Assembly (NCBI GenBank): GCA_002794465.1 | Contig: MTSL01000134.1 | Coordinates: forward strand, 45,495 to 77,494 | DNA: 32,000 nt | From: Paramicrosporidium saccamoebae KSL3 | Lineage: Eukaryota > Fungi > Cryptomycota | Direction: 5' to 3' | Shown: positions 11,019-23,341 of the stretch, piece after piece | Layout: each line of letters begins with the position of its first letter | How positions within the stretch are numbered: position 1 is the stretch's first letter | The notes under the pieces: generated by a model | Seen by the model: only the letters and a program-made list of their open reading frames with translations | The model's database searches: none | Told to the model about the DNA's origin: nothing | Program-made: the position numbers and the translations under genes

Positions 11019-11360
11019 TAAAAAAAGTGACCCTCACAGCAACCTTATTAAAGACAGTTATTGGTGATTATAAAACTAGTTGGTGATGAGAGAGTAACCA
11101 CATGTGCGGACCAAGGATAAAAAGCCTATAAGACGGTATTCGCTTGTGATTAATGGTTCCAATCCATACGACTATCCCTCTAGCCTTAGTGACGGTGGCT
11201 ACCCATAAAAAGGGTACGCTTTTTAATACAATGGCATCTCGCTCCCAATTCAACAGTTGCGTTTGTTTAGAGGATGATTTTGCTTTAAACTCGATAATAA
11301 TAAAGAGGAAAATGGTTTCGCATTAACCAAATACGGACCAGGGTTGAGTTTTTCGACAGG

Positions 11361-12721
11361 ATGGGAGAGAAGAAACGCAAGGCCGAAAAGGAGGCGGTTG
11401 TCGAGGTGGGAGACCGCATCGAGCCGCAATCCATGGTTCCGACCATTGATACATCAAACTGGCCTCTGCTGCTCAAAGTACGCCAACATTTGTGAGACTT
11501 ATGGTGTAGAATTACGACAAGCTCAATGTTCGCACTGGTCACTACACGCCCCTCCCGGTGGGATGTAGCCCGCTGAAGCGCGACATCCAGACGTACATCA
11601 AGTACGGAGTGATGAACTTGGACAAGCCGTCCAACCCGTCCTCCCACGAAGTGGTTGCCTGGATCCGCCGCATCCTGCGTGTGGAAAAGACGGGACACTC
11701 TGGTACCCTTGACCCCAAGGTTACTGGATGTCTTATTGTCTGTGCGGACCGTGCCACTCGTTTGGTAAAGTCGCAGCAGAGCGCAGGAAAGGAGTACGTC
11801 TGTGTTGTTCGCTTCCACGAGAAAATCGAGTCGCAGCGTGCCCTGGAAGGAGCCTTGGAGACCCTTACTGGTGCTCTTTTCCAACGTCCCCCGCTCATCT
11901 CTGCGGTTAAGCGTCAGCTGCGTATTCGTACCATCCACTCGTCCAAGCTGATTGAATACGACGAGGAACGCAACTTGGCAGTCTTCTGGGTGAGTTGTGA
12001 AGCCGGTACGTACATCCGAACTCTCTGTGTGCATCTTGGAATGCTGCTCAAGGTGGGTGCGCATATGCAGGAACTGCGTCGTGTGCGCTCTGGTGCACTG
12101 AGCGAGAATGACGACATGGTCACTATGCACGATATTCTCGATGCCCAATGGCTGTATGACACCACTCGTGATGAGACTTATCTTCGTCGCGTCATCCGTC
12201 CCTTGGAATCGCTTCTTTTGGGTTTCAAGCGTCTGGTCCTGAAGGATTCTGCTGTCAATGCGGTTTGCTATGGTGCCAAGCTGATGCTCCCCGGTCTGCT
12301 CCGTTTCGAGTCGGGAATTGAGGTGGATGAGGAGGTTGTGCTAATGACCACAAAGGGAGAGGCAGTTGCCCTTGGAATTGCCCAAATGGCCACGGCTGAT
12401 ATGGCATCTTGCGATCACGGAGTGGTTGCCAAAATTAAGCGCGTCATTATGGAACGCGATACTTATCCCCGCAAATGGGGACTTGGCCCACACGCCCAGC
12501 AGAAGAAGAAGATGGTCACTGATGGCAAGTTGGACAAGTTTGGAAACACCAACGAGGAGACTCCCGAAAGCTGGAAGAACAACTACCAGGACTATAACAA
12601 TCCCGCATTTGTTAATCCCAAGGCCGACCCCAAAATGATGGAAGTTGACTCTGAGGAAAAGGAGGAGAAGAAGGAAAAAAAGGAGAAGAAGGAAAAGAAG
12701 GAGAAAAAGTCCAAAGAGTAA
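11361..12721 (+). CDS. CBF5: H/ACA snoRNP pseudouridine synthase Cbf5/dyskerin, 442 aa, 2 exons
   Basis: Exons 11361-11477 and 11510-12721 (32-nt intron). [10 protein letters not shown]|[14 protein letters not shown]; [12 protein letters not shown]; catalytic [12 protein letters not shown]; PUA domain [10 protein letters not shown]; KKE-rich tail. Confidence 0.98.
12655..12718 (+). repeat. Low-complexity KKE/KEK coding tail of Cbf5
   Basis: Purine-rich GAG/AAG/GAA run encoding [22 protein letters not shown], typical of Cbf5, Nop56 and Nop58 tails. Confidence 0.85.
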
Positions 12722-12940
12722 CATTCCGGCGTGGATGGTTAGATCAATAAAATTAGTTTATATATACTGTGGTGTGGGGCCCGTTAGTAAGTTTCTAAAC
12801 CGAAGCAAATCTACTGGCTGATAAGACACATGTGCAGGTGCGATAGTGCGGTCATGGATTAGGAATAGTACTCTTTACTATACTGCAAACCTTTGACTAT
12901 ACTGCCTTATAAACTTTACATTGGTCGATTCATCGCTTTT

Positions 12941-14209
12941 TTATACATCTGTGGGTGGGAACCATGCTTTTAGAGTATCTACATTAACTCGGCTAACCTC
13001 CCAGCCAATCCGCATACTTTGCGTCACCGCAGAAAAGAATTCTTCTGAAGATTGTTCCCAATACACTTGCATCTCCTCGCCTAGATGCCGTTCTTTTGTT
13101 TCAAATTCTTGGCGCAGAGCTTCCTCCTCGCTAGTCTCCTCCTCCACAGCAGCATTGAGGCGGGCCTCGAGATGTGCATCGACAATGGATCTACGTCGCG
13201 TCACTGCATGTTGTCTTCGTCCCACCTGTTCGTCATAGCGACGCAGAGCGTAAATCTCCTTATTGACGTACTGACGGACATTATCCAGTTCGCTCATCTG
13301 TCCCGCCGAGACTTCTAATACCGATTCGGTCAGCACCTTGCGCATCCGCTGGAATCCAGGCTGGATCTGATTAGACAGGTCGACAAAACGGTCTCCCAGC
13401 TCGCGGAAACGCCGTTCTGTCGACCGCATGTCGTCTTGAAAGGTTCGGGTAAAGGATGAGCGATCCGAGACGTCTGAATCTGTAACCAAGTGTCTTACAT
13501 GGGCACTGGTGACATCTTGTATGCTCTTGCTCACTTGTCCCATGGCAATGTTGTACCGTTGGATGGCCTCTACGGTGGAATCCAGAGAAAGGGCTACTGA
13601 TTCCAAGGCATTCTGCCTCACCTTAATCACTTTATCCAGTGACTCTTGCAATTGCGCCTGTTCTGGCAATGAGACATGTTCAGGCTTGTAGATGGCAATC
13701 CGATCCTCGGGCACCCTCATTACTGTGTCTCCCTTTGAAAACCATCGTGACAGCGACAAACCCTCCCACAGACTGCTCTTTCGACTATCCTTCTTTACCG
13801 TTTCTCTCTCAGTCATGAAATCATGCAATGCCAACTCGTCCTGCAATTCCTCCCTCCCTAACAACCGTCCAAAATACCGCTCGAGACGACGTCGCATTGA
13901 TTGCAAATGGGCGTCAGTGCCCCATCCAGGGGACTTGCGAGAGGTGATGGGGAAGGAGGGAAAGAGGAGGTGCGGGTGCTTTCGACAAAGATGTCGATGG
14001 AGCACCTCTAGCTGTTCAGATTGACGCACACAAGCACTTGTCAGCCAGGATGGACGGGTGCTGACAGCGGGTAAAGTGTCCTCCAACTAGAACGCTTGTC
14101 AACAAAAATGCACTTGTACGTTGTAGCGTGGCACCAACTCGTACATGATGCTGTCAGAGGTCACCTTGTCCACATATGCGGCATCGGAGACATCAATCTT
14201 GAGCTCCAT
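12941..14209 (-). CDS. Divergent sorting nexin (PX domain plus C-terminal coiled-coil/BAR-like region), 411 aa, 2 exons
   Basis: Exons 14209-14120 (MELKIDVSDAAYVDK...IMYEL, PX beta strands) and 14086-12941, with a 33-nt intron gtacaa...tctag. PX-like segment VRQSEQLEVLHRHLCRKHPHLLFPSFP...RRRLERYFGRLL...LHDFM, followed by a long helical region. Subfamily not assignable. Confidence 0.7.
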
Positions 14210-14327
14210 TACCGCTAGTCCGCTTAATTATTTGTTCGTTTCTTTGGATGTGCACAAATTAAGCAAATGCTTCATTAATCTTCCAGTTGTGTTGCTAGAC
14301 GGAGGATCACCGTGTCCCATCTCTGCA

Positions 14328-17105
14328 ATGAAGTTCCCGATGGCCCTCACTATAATGGCCTCGATGTGGCTGAAGGTTGAGAGCACGGATTGGAGCCATG
14401 ATCGACGCTGCGCAGTCCTGTTTACTGAAAGAAAGGACTGTGGTCATATCGGCACCAGTAAGGGAGAGTGCGAGGCAGCGGGTTGTTGTTGGCGTCCAGC
14501 ACCATCCAGTCGTGCAGGTGTGCCGTGGTGCTTCCACTCACAGAACATTGAGCCCAAGTACCAAATGATCGCCGGCATTCGGGGCGCTGGGACGGATTCG
14601 TATGTACTACGCCATCGTTGGCCTGAATCTGATCCGACTTCAGAGAGAACGCTGGAAGTGCAGATTGAAAAACTGCACGATATTATCCATCTCAGGATCG
14701 ACGGTCCCAACCATCCTGGTGTTCCATCTTATCTGTACAGAGAAACTTCCGGCTATCCCATGCCGCTAGTCTCCTGGGACGAACCCAGTTATCTTGCACT
14801 GGACATTGAGCTCCAAGATGATCCATTTCAATTTACTGTTAGACGTCGCGAGGACCAGTCCGTCTTGTTCTCTACCGAGGCAAGATCCGAAGCCGACCCT
14901 TTTGACTCGATCATTGTAAAGCCTCACTTTGTGCAGTTGGGAACGTCTCTTTCAAAGAATCATTACATCTTTGGATTGGGTGAGCGCGCCAGTCGCTTCA
15001 GAAGAGCCCCGAGAAGAATGGCCATGAATGCACGAGACACGCCCGCCTTGGAGGACCAGAACTCCTATGGCTCCCATCCGTTCTACATGGAAATGCGTCC
15101 CGATGGCCAGGCCCACGGAGTGTTGATGCTGAATAGTCATCCAATGGAGGTGGAATTGACCGAAGATGCGCTCGTGTACCGGATGCTGGGTGGGGCAATT
15201 GACATGTACTTTTTTGCAGGACCAACCCCCGATCAAGTGGTGGAACAGTATACTCGGATCATCGGACGACCGCCGTTGATGGAACCAAAGTTCTTTGGAC
15301 TGCATCAGTGCCGCTATGGCTACAAGACTTTGGAAGAGTGGAAGGCGATAGTAAAGGGCTTTGAGGAACACTCTATTCCTCTGGATGGCATTTGGTTTGA
15401 CATTGAGTACTGATCTCAGTGGATCTAATTGTGTAGTTACATGGACAATAAGGATATTTTCACCATTGACAACGCCACCTATCCACCCGAAGCGACGCGG
15501 AACTTTATATACGATCAAGAATGGGCAGGTCGGTTTGTGGTGGCCATTGTCGATCCCGGAGTGACCATTAAGGAGGAGCTGCCTGCCTACAGAAGCGGCG
15601 TCGAGGCGGACATTTTCCTGCGATCCGGCCACTCTCACCAAGATCAAAAAGAATATTATGAGGGAATGGTTTGGCCCGGACCTGTCCATTTTGTCGACTT
15701 TCTCTGTCCGCGCACAGATGACTACTGGTTCAATCTGATTGCCGATTTCAAGAAACTGCTTCCCTTTGCGGGTTTGTGGCTCGACATGAGCGAGCCTGCC
15801 TGCTTCAGTAATGGCCATCGCGACATGTTCCCTACTCCGCCTAGCCACGACCACTACACCCTTAACTATCCATCTTTCGCCATCAATAACGCCGACAATC
15901 AAGTGGAGCTGTTCAGTAAGACGATAAGCATGGATGCCCGCCATGTCGATGGAACTCGTCATCTTGCCGTACACAACATTTACGGATTTTCCGAGTCACA
16001 GCGCACGGCAAAGGCACTGGAGAAGCTGGAACCCGGGCGGCGCCACTTCTTGCTGACCCGTTCCACCTTCCCCGGGAGTGGAAGATTCACAGCGCATTGG
16101 TTAGGAGACAATTACTCTGACTTTGCCAACATGAAAATGAGCATTTCTGGTGTCTTTGATTTCCAGTTGTTTGGTATACCAATGGTGGGGGCCGATCTAT
16201 GCGGCTTTCTGGATGCATCAAATGAAGAGCTTTGTGCACGATGGATGGCATTAGGGGCGTTCATGCCCTTTGCCAGGAACCATAACGCTGAACGACCTGA
16301 GAACATTCCACAGGAGCCCTATCGCTGGACAGAAGTTGCCAAAGTCACCCGCAAATATTATGCATTGAGATATTCCCTACTGCCTTATTGGTACACTTTG
16401 CACTACAAATCCCACAAGACTGGCCAGCCAATGATTAGACCGCTGTTCTTTGAATTCCCCACCTTTGCCGAACTCTACGACAATGACGAGCAGTTCATGG
16501 TCGGTGGTGCGCTCCTGGTGGCACCAGTCCTGAAGCGCGGCACAACCAGTGTACAGTTCAAACTGCCGCCTGGCGTGTGGTATGATCTGGTGGAGACGGA
16601 AAATGCGCCAGTTCTGGTGAAGGAAGGGCTTTATCCAGTGCACATGGCGGCAGATCTGCAGACAATTCCCGTGTTGTTCAGAGGTGGACATGTGATCCTA
16701 AAGCAAGATCCGGCTTTGACCATCCGTGACACCCAGTTGGGAGACTATCACCTAATGGTGGCACTGACCTTGGAGGGAAAGGCATGGGGCCATGTCTACT
16801 TTGACAACGGCATCTCCTCAGATCCGGGCAACAATTATTCATTAATCGAATTTGCTGTAAACTGTGATCAGCAAAGCTGTGTGCTGGATGTATACGGCAC
16901 TTTTGGCTATCGAGTTGCCAAAAATGTGGTCTCCGTCACGCTTCTCTCTACCTTTAATCTGCATCGAGAGGTGAGTTGTGCTGCGTTGAACGCACAGGAA
17001 ATTTCGGTCGACGCGCAGACCAGCCAGTACAAACTCCACGTGAAGAACCTATCAATGGATCTCAACCAAGCTCAGCAATTGAGAATCGTTTTCACCCCCA
17101 CATAA
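14328..17105 (+). CDS. Secreted or lysosomal-type GH31 alpha-glucosidase with N-terminal trefoil (P-type) domain, 915 aa, 2 exons
   Basis: Exons 14328-15406 and 15437-17105; the 30-nt intron restores WFDIDYMD. Signal peptide MKFPMALTIMASMWLKVES and six-Cys trefoil. Motifs YGSHPFY, GLHQCRYGY, nucleophile GLWLDMSEP, acid/base HWLGDN, VGADLCGF and FARNHN. Confidence 0.95.
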
Positions 17106-17107
17106 AT

Positions 17108-17226
17108 AAAGTGGCCCTATAAAGCGGTCTTATAAATCGGACTTTTAAGGTAGTCAGTCTTCCAGAGGAATCTTTTAAAGTGTCCTTATAAAGTGTATTT
17201 CATAAAATGGTCGTAAAATAGCTCAT
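17108..17226. repeat. Degenerate 13-bp minisatellite containing several TATAAA hexamers, upstream of PCNA
   Basis: Units aaagtggccctat (17108), aaagcggtcttat (17121), aaatcggactttt (17134), aaagtgtccttat (17177), aaagtgtatttcat (17190), aaaatggtcgt (17204) and aaaatagctcat (17215). TATAAA at 17118, 17131 and 17187. Confidence 0.6.
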
Positions 17227-17232
17227 ACGCGT
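17227..17232. promoter_or_regulatory. MCB element (ACGCGT) in the PCNA upstream region
   Basis: Exact ACGCGT about 120 bp upstream of the PCNA ATG. MCBs drive G1/S genes, including PCNA, in fungi. A 6-mer can occur by chance. Confidence 0.4.
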
Positions 17233-17301
17233 CGAGGGGTATATCATAAATTTTAATCTCATGTCTTCAAAGGGCCCCATTGACACTAATGAATTTGTTA
17301 A

Positions 17302-17312
17302 GCTGCGCGGGA
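17302..17312 (+). promoter_or_regulatory. E2F-like GCGCGGGA element upstream of PCNA
   Basis: GCTGCGCGGGA 38 bp before the ATG. The identical 11-mer lies in the same orientation upstream of POL1. Confidence 0.45.
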
Positions 17313-17350
17313 ATTTCAGTAATAAAAATGTAGCTTTTCTTTCTTAAAGC

Positions 17351-18136
17351 ATGCTTGAAGCTCGTCTTGCGCAAGGAAACGTCCTGAAAAAGGTGATCGA
17401 CTCCCTCCGTGACTTGGTCAATGAGGCCAACTTTGAATTCACGCCGTCTGGCATTACCTTGCAGTCAATGGACAGTGCTCACGTCATTCTCGTCTCTCTG
17501 CTGCTCCGCGCTGACGGCTTTGACAATTACCGCTGCGACCGCACCATTCCCGTGGGAATCAACATGGCCAGTCTCTCCAAGATTATCCGTGCTGCTGCTA
17601 ATGATGACGCAATCACTCTGCGTGCCGACGATAATGGCGAGTCACTGAATCTCATCTTTGAGGCGCCAAATGCAGGACGCGTGTCGGATTATGAGCTCAA
17701 GCTGATGGATTTGGATGTGGAACAGGTTGCCCTGCCGGACATGTCCTACGATGTCACTGTTCGGATGCCTTCCGAGGAGTTGCAGCGCGTCTGTCGTGAT
17801 TTGTCTGCCGTCGGCGAGTCTGTCACCATTAATGCCACCAAGGAATCAATCAACTTTGGCGTCAAGGGAGAGCTTGGCAGCGGTAGCATTGCCATCCGTT
17901 CCACCGCGCCAGTGGACAAGAAGGAGGGCGTGTCCATCAGCATGAGACAGCCCGCAGATGTGTCCTTTTCGCTAAAGTTTTTGACCCAATTCACCAAGGC
18001 CACGCCACTAAGCGAAACGGTCCGGCTGGAGTTTTCAAACGAGTGTCCCATGCTCGTCGAGTACCCCATTGGAGATATGGGCTACATCCGATTCTACCTG
18101 GCGCCCAAGGTGGATGATGACGATGAAGACAAGTAA
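17351..18136 (+). CDS. PCNA: Proliferating cell nuclear antigen (sliding clamp), 261 aa
   Basis: MLEARLAQGNVLKKVIDSLRDLV...LQSMDSAHV...YELKLMDLDVEQ...FSLKFLTQFTKATPLS...RFYLAPK; intronless. Confidence 0.99.
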   Translation: MLEARLAQGNVLKKVIDSLRDLVNEANFEFTPSGITLQSMDSAHVILVSLLLRADGFDNYRCDRTIPVGINMASLSKIIRAAANDDAITLRADDNGESLNLIFEAPNAGRVSDYELKLMDLDVEQVALPDMSYDVTVRMPSEELQRVCRDLSAVGESVTINATKESINFGVKGELGSGSIAIRSTAPVDKKEGVSISMRQPADVSFSLKFLTQFTKATPLSETVRLEFSNECPMLVEYPIGDMGYIRFYLAPKVDDDDEDK

Positions 18137-18233
18137 TTAATGATTCGAGTATTTAATAATTATCAATGTTGGTGTTGTGATCTGTTTGGATTTGTAGTAA
18201 TTACCCCTTCTTGATGTTACTGATCCCCATATA

Positions 18234-18372
18234 CATGGAATGTAGAATGTAGAATGTGGAGTGTGGGAGGTGATATACGAGATATGATTTATGGCTTGTG
18301 GGATACGGTTTACGACTTGTGAGATATGATCTACGAGATATGACCTACGAGATGTGACTTATGAGATATAAT
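18234..18372. repeat. Degenerate 7-bp (14-bp higher-order) minisatellite between PCNA and PUT2
   Basis: From 18275, fourteen in-phase heptamers: atacgag atatgat ttatggc ttgtggg atacggt ttacgac ttgtgag atatgat ctacgag atatgac ctacgag atgtgac ttatgag atataat. They are preceded by catggaa tgtagaa tgtagaa tgtggag tgtggga. Confidence 0.8.
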
Positions 18373-18453
18373 AGGTGCTTGTCACCAATTTGGTCAATCC
18401 TTTTATTTGCTGGTTTTCATATACCAAAACTAATTTTATGATCTTAAAATTTA

Positions 18454-20264
<1,811 letters not shown>

Positions 20265-20633
20265 AGCCTGTATCTTGACAACCCAAATACGGTTCCCCAT
20301 CAAGTGATTTTATCCCAGTAAACAAAGTTTGTAACTTGGTCACACTGAGCATAGCTCCCGATTCCCTTGTATTTCGATGACCACTATTAACTTGACCACC
20401 TTGAAAATGGCTCCGGATCCACTTGTATTATCTTAGAAAGCAAAGTAACTCGATTATAGTAAACACATTTCCCGAACCACCTTTACTCTTACAGTAATCA
20501 ACCACTCATAACGACCACATTAAACACGGCTGCTAGTCCGTTTTGCATGGTGAAGAAAGGATAAATGGATATTTTGTTTGATTGGTCGTTCCACGGCTGT
20601 CCTGACACTGCACCGCGGCAGCCAGACTACGAG

Positions 20634-22003
20634 ATGCAGTCTGACCCCAATAGCAGTGAGGACGCATGGAAGTTTTCGCAATGTTTCGGTGACAAGAGCG
20701 ACACTATTGATGTCGCCGAAGGTAAGAGCTTGGTTCATCAGACTGCTAATCCCGTGTAGCGGACGTCATTTCTACAGTAAAGTTTGACAGAACCGGCGAC
20801 TATTTGGCGTCGGGTGACCGCGCAGGACGCGTTGTGCTTTTCCAGCGGAATAATACGAAGCGCAGCTGCGAATACCGCTTCTACACGGAATTCCAAAGCC
20901 ATGAGCCGGAATTCGACTACCTGAAGAGCCTCGAAATAAACGAAAAGATCAACAAGATTGTCTGGTGTCGGCGCACCAACGACTCGCATTTCTTGCTGAC
21001 AACCAACGACAAGACGGTCAAACTATGGAAGGTAAAGGAACGCCAAGTGCAGGCGGTGGTGGAGAACAACATGTCGACGGCACAGAAACTGGTCAGTACC
21101 GATGTCCGGCTGCCTCTCATGCTTCCCAAGTTGGTGGACAGAGAGTCAGTAATTGCTGCAACCCCAAAGCGGATTTATTCTAATGCTCATGCGTACCATA
21201 TCCATAGCATTTCGCTGAATTCGGATGAGGAAACGTTCCTGTCCGCGGATGACCTGCGGGTCAACTTGTGGAATGTGAACAATGTGGAGCAGAGCTTTAA
21301 TGTGGTGGACATGAAACCGGCAAGCATTGAGGAGCTGACCGAGGTCATTACCACGGCACACTTTCATCCTCAGCATTGCAACTTGTTTGCCTTTGGAACC
21401 AGTAAAGGCTATGTAAAGCTCTGCGACATGCGGGCGGCGGCTCTATGTGACCGTCATGCCAAAGTGTTCAAGAAGGATGAAGAGGGTGCACATTCCTTCT
21501 TCTCCGAATTGATATCGTCCGTGTCAGACATTTCATTTAGTCAGGACGGACGCCACTTTGTGACCCGCGATTACATGACAATGAAGGTGTGGGATTTGGC
21601 CATGGAGTCGCATCCCGTCCTCACCATTCCCGTCCATGACGCCATCAAGCCCAAGCTCTGCGATCTGTATGAGAACGATTCCATTTTTGATCGTTTCGAA
21701 TGCGCCTTTAACTACGACGGCACGTCAGTGTTGTCGGGTTCGTACAGTAACATGTTGCGTGTGACTACCATCAAAGACAACACATCAGACGTGATCCAGG
21801 CGGACAAGTCCATTTTCCGATCAAAGAAGGCGTCGCGGGTGAAAATGCCACGAGCGCAATCGGTAGCGCGACTGGACGACTCTCTGGGCGAGTTGGATTT
21901 TGAACGAAAAATCTTGAATGCGGCGGCACATCCGAGGGAGAATACAGTGGCGATCGCAGCGTTGTCTAATTTGTTTGTCTTTTCGCAGATTGCTCCTCTT
22001 TAG
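20634..22003 (+). CDS. CDC55: Protein phosphatase 2A regulatory subunit B55 (WD40), about 443 aa, 2 exons
   Basis: Exons 20634-20721 and 20760-22003 (38-nt intron gtaaga...tgtag). WKFSQCFGDK, ADVISTV, EFQSHEPEFDYLKSLEI.EKINKI, NAHAYHIHSIS, LSADDLRVNLW, LYENDSIFDRFE. An alternative in-frame upstream ATG exists at 20565. Confidence 0.97.
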
Positions 22004-22175
22004 TGTTTGTCAATAAACCCATCACGTGAACATTATAGGGGGTGATTCGACGTGTTTCCCTGTATAGTTACAAGTGATACTTGTTGACTTGTCATGTCAA
22101 CCACAGCAGGGACCGCCTATCGTTACAAACTATTTGATTACTCTGTCACCCACTCTATCCACAACTCACTATGGT

Positions 22176-23318
22176 TTATTTAAAATCTCGATAGCTATAG
22201 GGATCAACCAACTTGACCTTGGCCTTTTGTCTCTTTCGCTGGATCCCAGTGATAGGCTCTATGAGCGCCCGCTCCTGTAGACTCTTGAACCGATCCATCA
22301 CCAGATTACCCTCCGTCTTCATCTGTCGCAACGAGCTGCTGAGCTCCTCGGGGATCTGCACTGCAATTGGCGCCGGTGTGAAGGCCACCTTTCCCAGTCT
22401 TTTCAGTGTCTGTATTTGGCTGCGTTTCTTTGTGGCACGACGTTCTGCAGAGACGGCGTCCTTGATGGCCAATTCGGCACGCACTGCCTTGGACATGCCC
22501 TTGATATGCATCAGTTCTTGACGGGCTTTCTTCTCAGACTCTATGAGACGGATTCTAGCTGCCTCTGCCTTGAGTTTTGCCTCGCGATTGCGTTCAGTCT
22601 TTGTCTTTTTCTTGCTTTGCACCGACGGAACTACGGCCGCTTCGCTGGTCGGTTCATCGCCAATAACATCTTCGTCTTCTACTGCCACTCCAGTGAGTAC
22701 TTCTTGTACAGCCAAATCCACAGCAGACCAAGACCGTCCCGTTAACAATGTGGGGGGCACTAGTTTTTGGATTTGTTCGTGGGCTTCAATTTTCTTAATT
22801 TCCACCTTGGCAGCCTCCTCCATCAGCTTTTCGTGTGCTCCATCAGTGGGACGATAGGATGCTCCGCCCTTGGGGACCTTTACGGCACGCACAGAAATTT
22901 CTGGTTTGCTTCGTCGAACTGAATCCACCGGATTCGCCCACATGTCATAATCCTCGGGGGCCTTTGCCAAAACCGGTACCTTTATGGCAACTGCTTTGAT
23001 TTTTCTGTCGACGAGCTTCTTTTCACCCACTATGCCGCTCTTGCGACCCACAATGGCCGGTACCTTTGACGATGACTTTAAAATTTCATAAATCTTCAGA
23101 GGTTTCGTTCCCAAAAGTCCTCTTTCCCTCAGCTTCTTCTTCCCAGTCTCATCACTTCCGACCTGGTCCACAAAGAACAGCTGCGCATCACTCTGCTCTC
23201 CTATCGGCCCACCAACAGTGATTGTTTCAGTGCGCACATCGGTCAGTCTGGCCTCGACGTCATCGACTTTGGATGCACGCAGAGCGGCTTTGCTGGTGGT
23301 TCGGCCACGACGAGCCAT
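22176..23318 (-). CDS. NOP53: Ribosome biogenesis protein Nop53 (GLTSCR2), about 380 aa
   Basis: GGPIGEQSDAQLFFVDQVG (Mtr4 arch-interacting motif LFxxD), YDMW, VKVPKGGASYRP, and C-terminal EELSSSLRQMKTEGNLVMDRFKSLQERALIEP...YSYRDFK. The start is inferred at MARRGR. Confidence 0.88.
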   Translation of the reverse strand: MARRGRTTSKAALRASKVDDVEARLTDVRTETITVGGPIGEQSDAQLFFVDQVGSDETGKKKLRERGLLGTKPLKIYEILKSSSKVPAIVGRKSGIVGEKKLVDRKIKAVAIKVPVLAKAPEDYDMWANPVDSVRRSKPEISVRAVKVPKGGASYRPTDGAHEKLMEEAAKVEIKKIEAHEQIQKLVPPTLLTGRSWSAVDLAVQEVLTGVAVEDEDVIGDEPTSEAAVVPSVQSKKKTKTERNREAKLKAEAARIRLIESEKKARQELMHIKGMSKAVRAELAIKDAVSAERRATKKRSQIQTLKRLGKVAFTPAPIAVQIPEELSSSLRQMKTEGNLVMDRFKSLQERALIEPITGIQRKRQKAKVKLVDPYSYRDFK

Positions 23319-23341
23319 GGTACCCCGGTCTGTCAGCGACA

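Noticed and set aside
11083-11200. Box C-like GTGATGA upstream of CBF5, suggesting a snoRNA
   Set aside because: No matching box D (CTGA) or terminal stem at a suitable distance.
11285-12148. 287-aa antisense ORF opposite CBF5
   Set aside because: Shadow ORF on the reverse strand of a conserved, codon-biased gene; it has no motifs of its own.
14145-14327. N-terminal extension of the GH31 ORF given by the track
   Set aside because: It overlaps the sorting nexin first exon and would bury the signal peptide; ATG 14328 fits better. The same logic applies to track starts for APC2 (2611), NOP53 (23465) and the secreted orphan (23995).
15773-15796. GH31 nucleophile motif reading DMSEP instead of DMNEP
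   Set aside because: Ser is an accepted variant at this position of the GH31 signature, and both catalytic Asp residues are intact.
14952-15974. 340-aa antisense ORF opposite the GH31 gene
   Set aside because: Lies wholly antisense to a well-supported CDS, starts at a non-ATG codon and has no recognisable domain.
20378-20519. Five ACCAC pentamers upstream of CDC55
   Set aside because: Short, irregularly spaced and in a C/A-rich stretch; not distinguishable from compositional bias.
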